From positions 3,598,001 to 3,662,000 of the forward strand of contig JASTWF010000036.1 of assembly GCA_030390025.1 (NCBI GenBank): a DNA stretch of 64,000 nt, in the 5' to 3' direction. This document shows positions 63,219-64,000 of this stretch, one piece after another. The notes under the pieces were generated by a model. That model made no database searches, was not told where the DNA came from, and was given only the letters and a program-made list of their open reading frames with translations. Within the stretch, counting starts at the first letter, position 1; each line of letters opens with the position of its first letter. The translations under genes and the position numbers were made by a program. This DNA comes from Squalus acanthias. Its lineage: Eukaryota.

Positions 63219-64000
63219 GTCACTATGTGACTCGGCCAACGTTGTCTACCTCATACGTTGCAGGAAAGAATGCACCGCGGCATGGTACATCGGCGAGACC
63301 ATGCAGACACTGAGACAACGTATGAACGAGCACCGCGCAACAATCGCCAGGCAGGTTTGTTACCTCCCAGTCAGGGAACACTTCAGCAGTCAAGGACATT
63401 CAGCCTCGGATCTGCGGGTAAGCGTTCTCCAAGGCAACCTTAGAAACACACGACAACGCAAAATCATCGAGCAGAAACTGATAGCCAAGTTCCGCACTCA
63501 TGAAGACGGTCTCAATCGGGATCTTGGGTTTATGTCACGATACATGACGTGATCCGGACTCGAGTCGTCGTTAGCTTGTTCACAGATGTGATTCCCAGTA
63601 AAAAAGTAAAAATTTTCCCAGTAAAAAAGTAAAACATTTTTAAAGCTTTTCGTTTTACATACAGACGGCAGCTTTTGACACGTTAGAACCCCTGCGACTA
63701 CACCTCATTGTCTCAGTTGTATCTTGCTATGTCTTTGATGTGGTACCTTCCTGGCTGACTTAATTAACTTTATCACACCTCGGCAGATAGTCAGGATGAT
63801 TTAATTTAGTGGTCTGCAATTGTAAGGTACACATGCTTTGTTTTCTATCTATATATGCTTTGGCGATTCTGTATCTAATTTACTTCACTTGAGGAAGGAG
63901 CAATCGATAGCTCCGAAAGCTTGTGATTCCAAATAAAACTGTTGGACTATAACCTGGTGTTGTGCGACCTCTCAATTTTGTCCACCCCAGTCCAACACTG
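63219..64000 (+). mobile_element. Penelope-like element 3' portion: GIY-YIG endonuclease (to 63552) plus terminal region, abutting a truncated SINE (63020-63218)
   Basis: C..ANVVYLIRC..C...YIGET..LRQRMNEH...HF...H...E...I.KF.T...GLN is the PLE GIY-YIG signature. Confidence 0.88.
63885..63926 (+). ncRNA. Minimal hammerhead ribozyme motif with C3U core substitution
   Basis: tcac-TTGAGGA-A-GGAGC-aatcgata-GCTCC-GAA-AGCT-T-gtga. Confidence 0.55.

Noticed and set aside
60658..64000. First coding exon of CD63 (MAVEGG..-like)
   Set aside because: No matching sequence found; near-matches at ~60810 and ~62660 lack the expected peptide and splice sites.

Overview
Eukaryotic genomic DNA. The repeat content (dense CR1 and L2 LINEs, Deu-domain tRNA SINEs, Penelope-like remnants) suggests a cartilaginous fish, probably a shark; this is inference. 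One protein-coding gene is firmly identifiable: the tetraspanin CD63 on the minus strand. Six coding exons (189, 75, 93, 132, 84 and 66 bp, all phase 0, GT-AG) run from 60657 down to the GYEVM* stop at 49189. The first coding exon was not found and probably lies beyond 64000. A repeat-free ~2.3 kb stretch below the stop looks like a long 3' UTR. The rest of the window is nested mobile DNA: several CR1 families, L2, at least three SINE families, TIR-bounded MITEs, a decayed Harbinger transposase, a solo LTR and a Penelope-like GIY-YIG fragment. Less obvious observations: (i) every large minisatellite grew inside a SINE copy, and one 35-bp unit occurs twice in inverted orientation; (ii) minimal hammerhead-ribozyme motifs in the Penelope-like remnants show compensatory helix I changes; (iii) a truncated, internally deleted U1 snRNA retrocopy; (iv) an RFX X-box in a CpG-rich patch and a few unexplained exon-like segments at 12-32 kb. 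There is no CRISPR array or prokaryotic system. I cannot support a claim of a wholly new biological system from this sequence alone.
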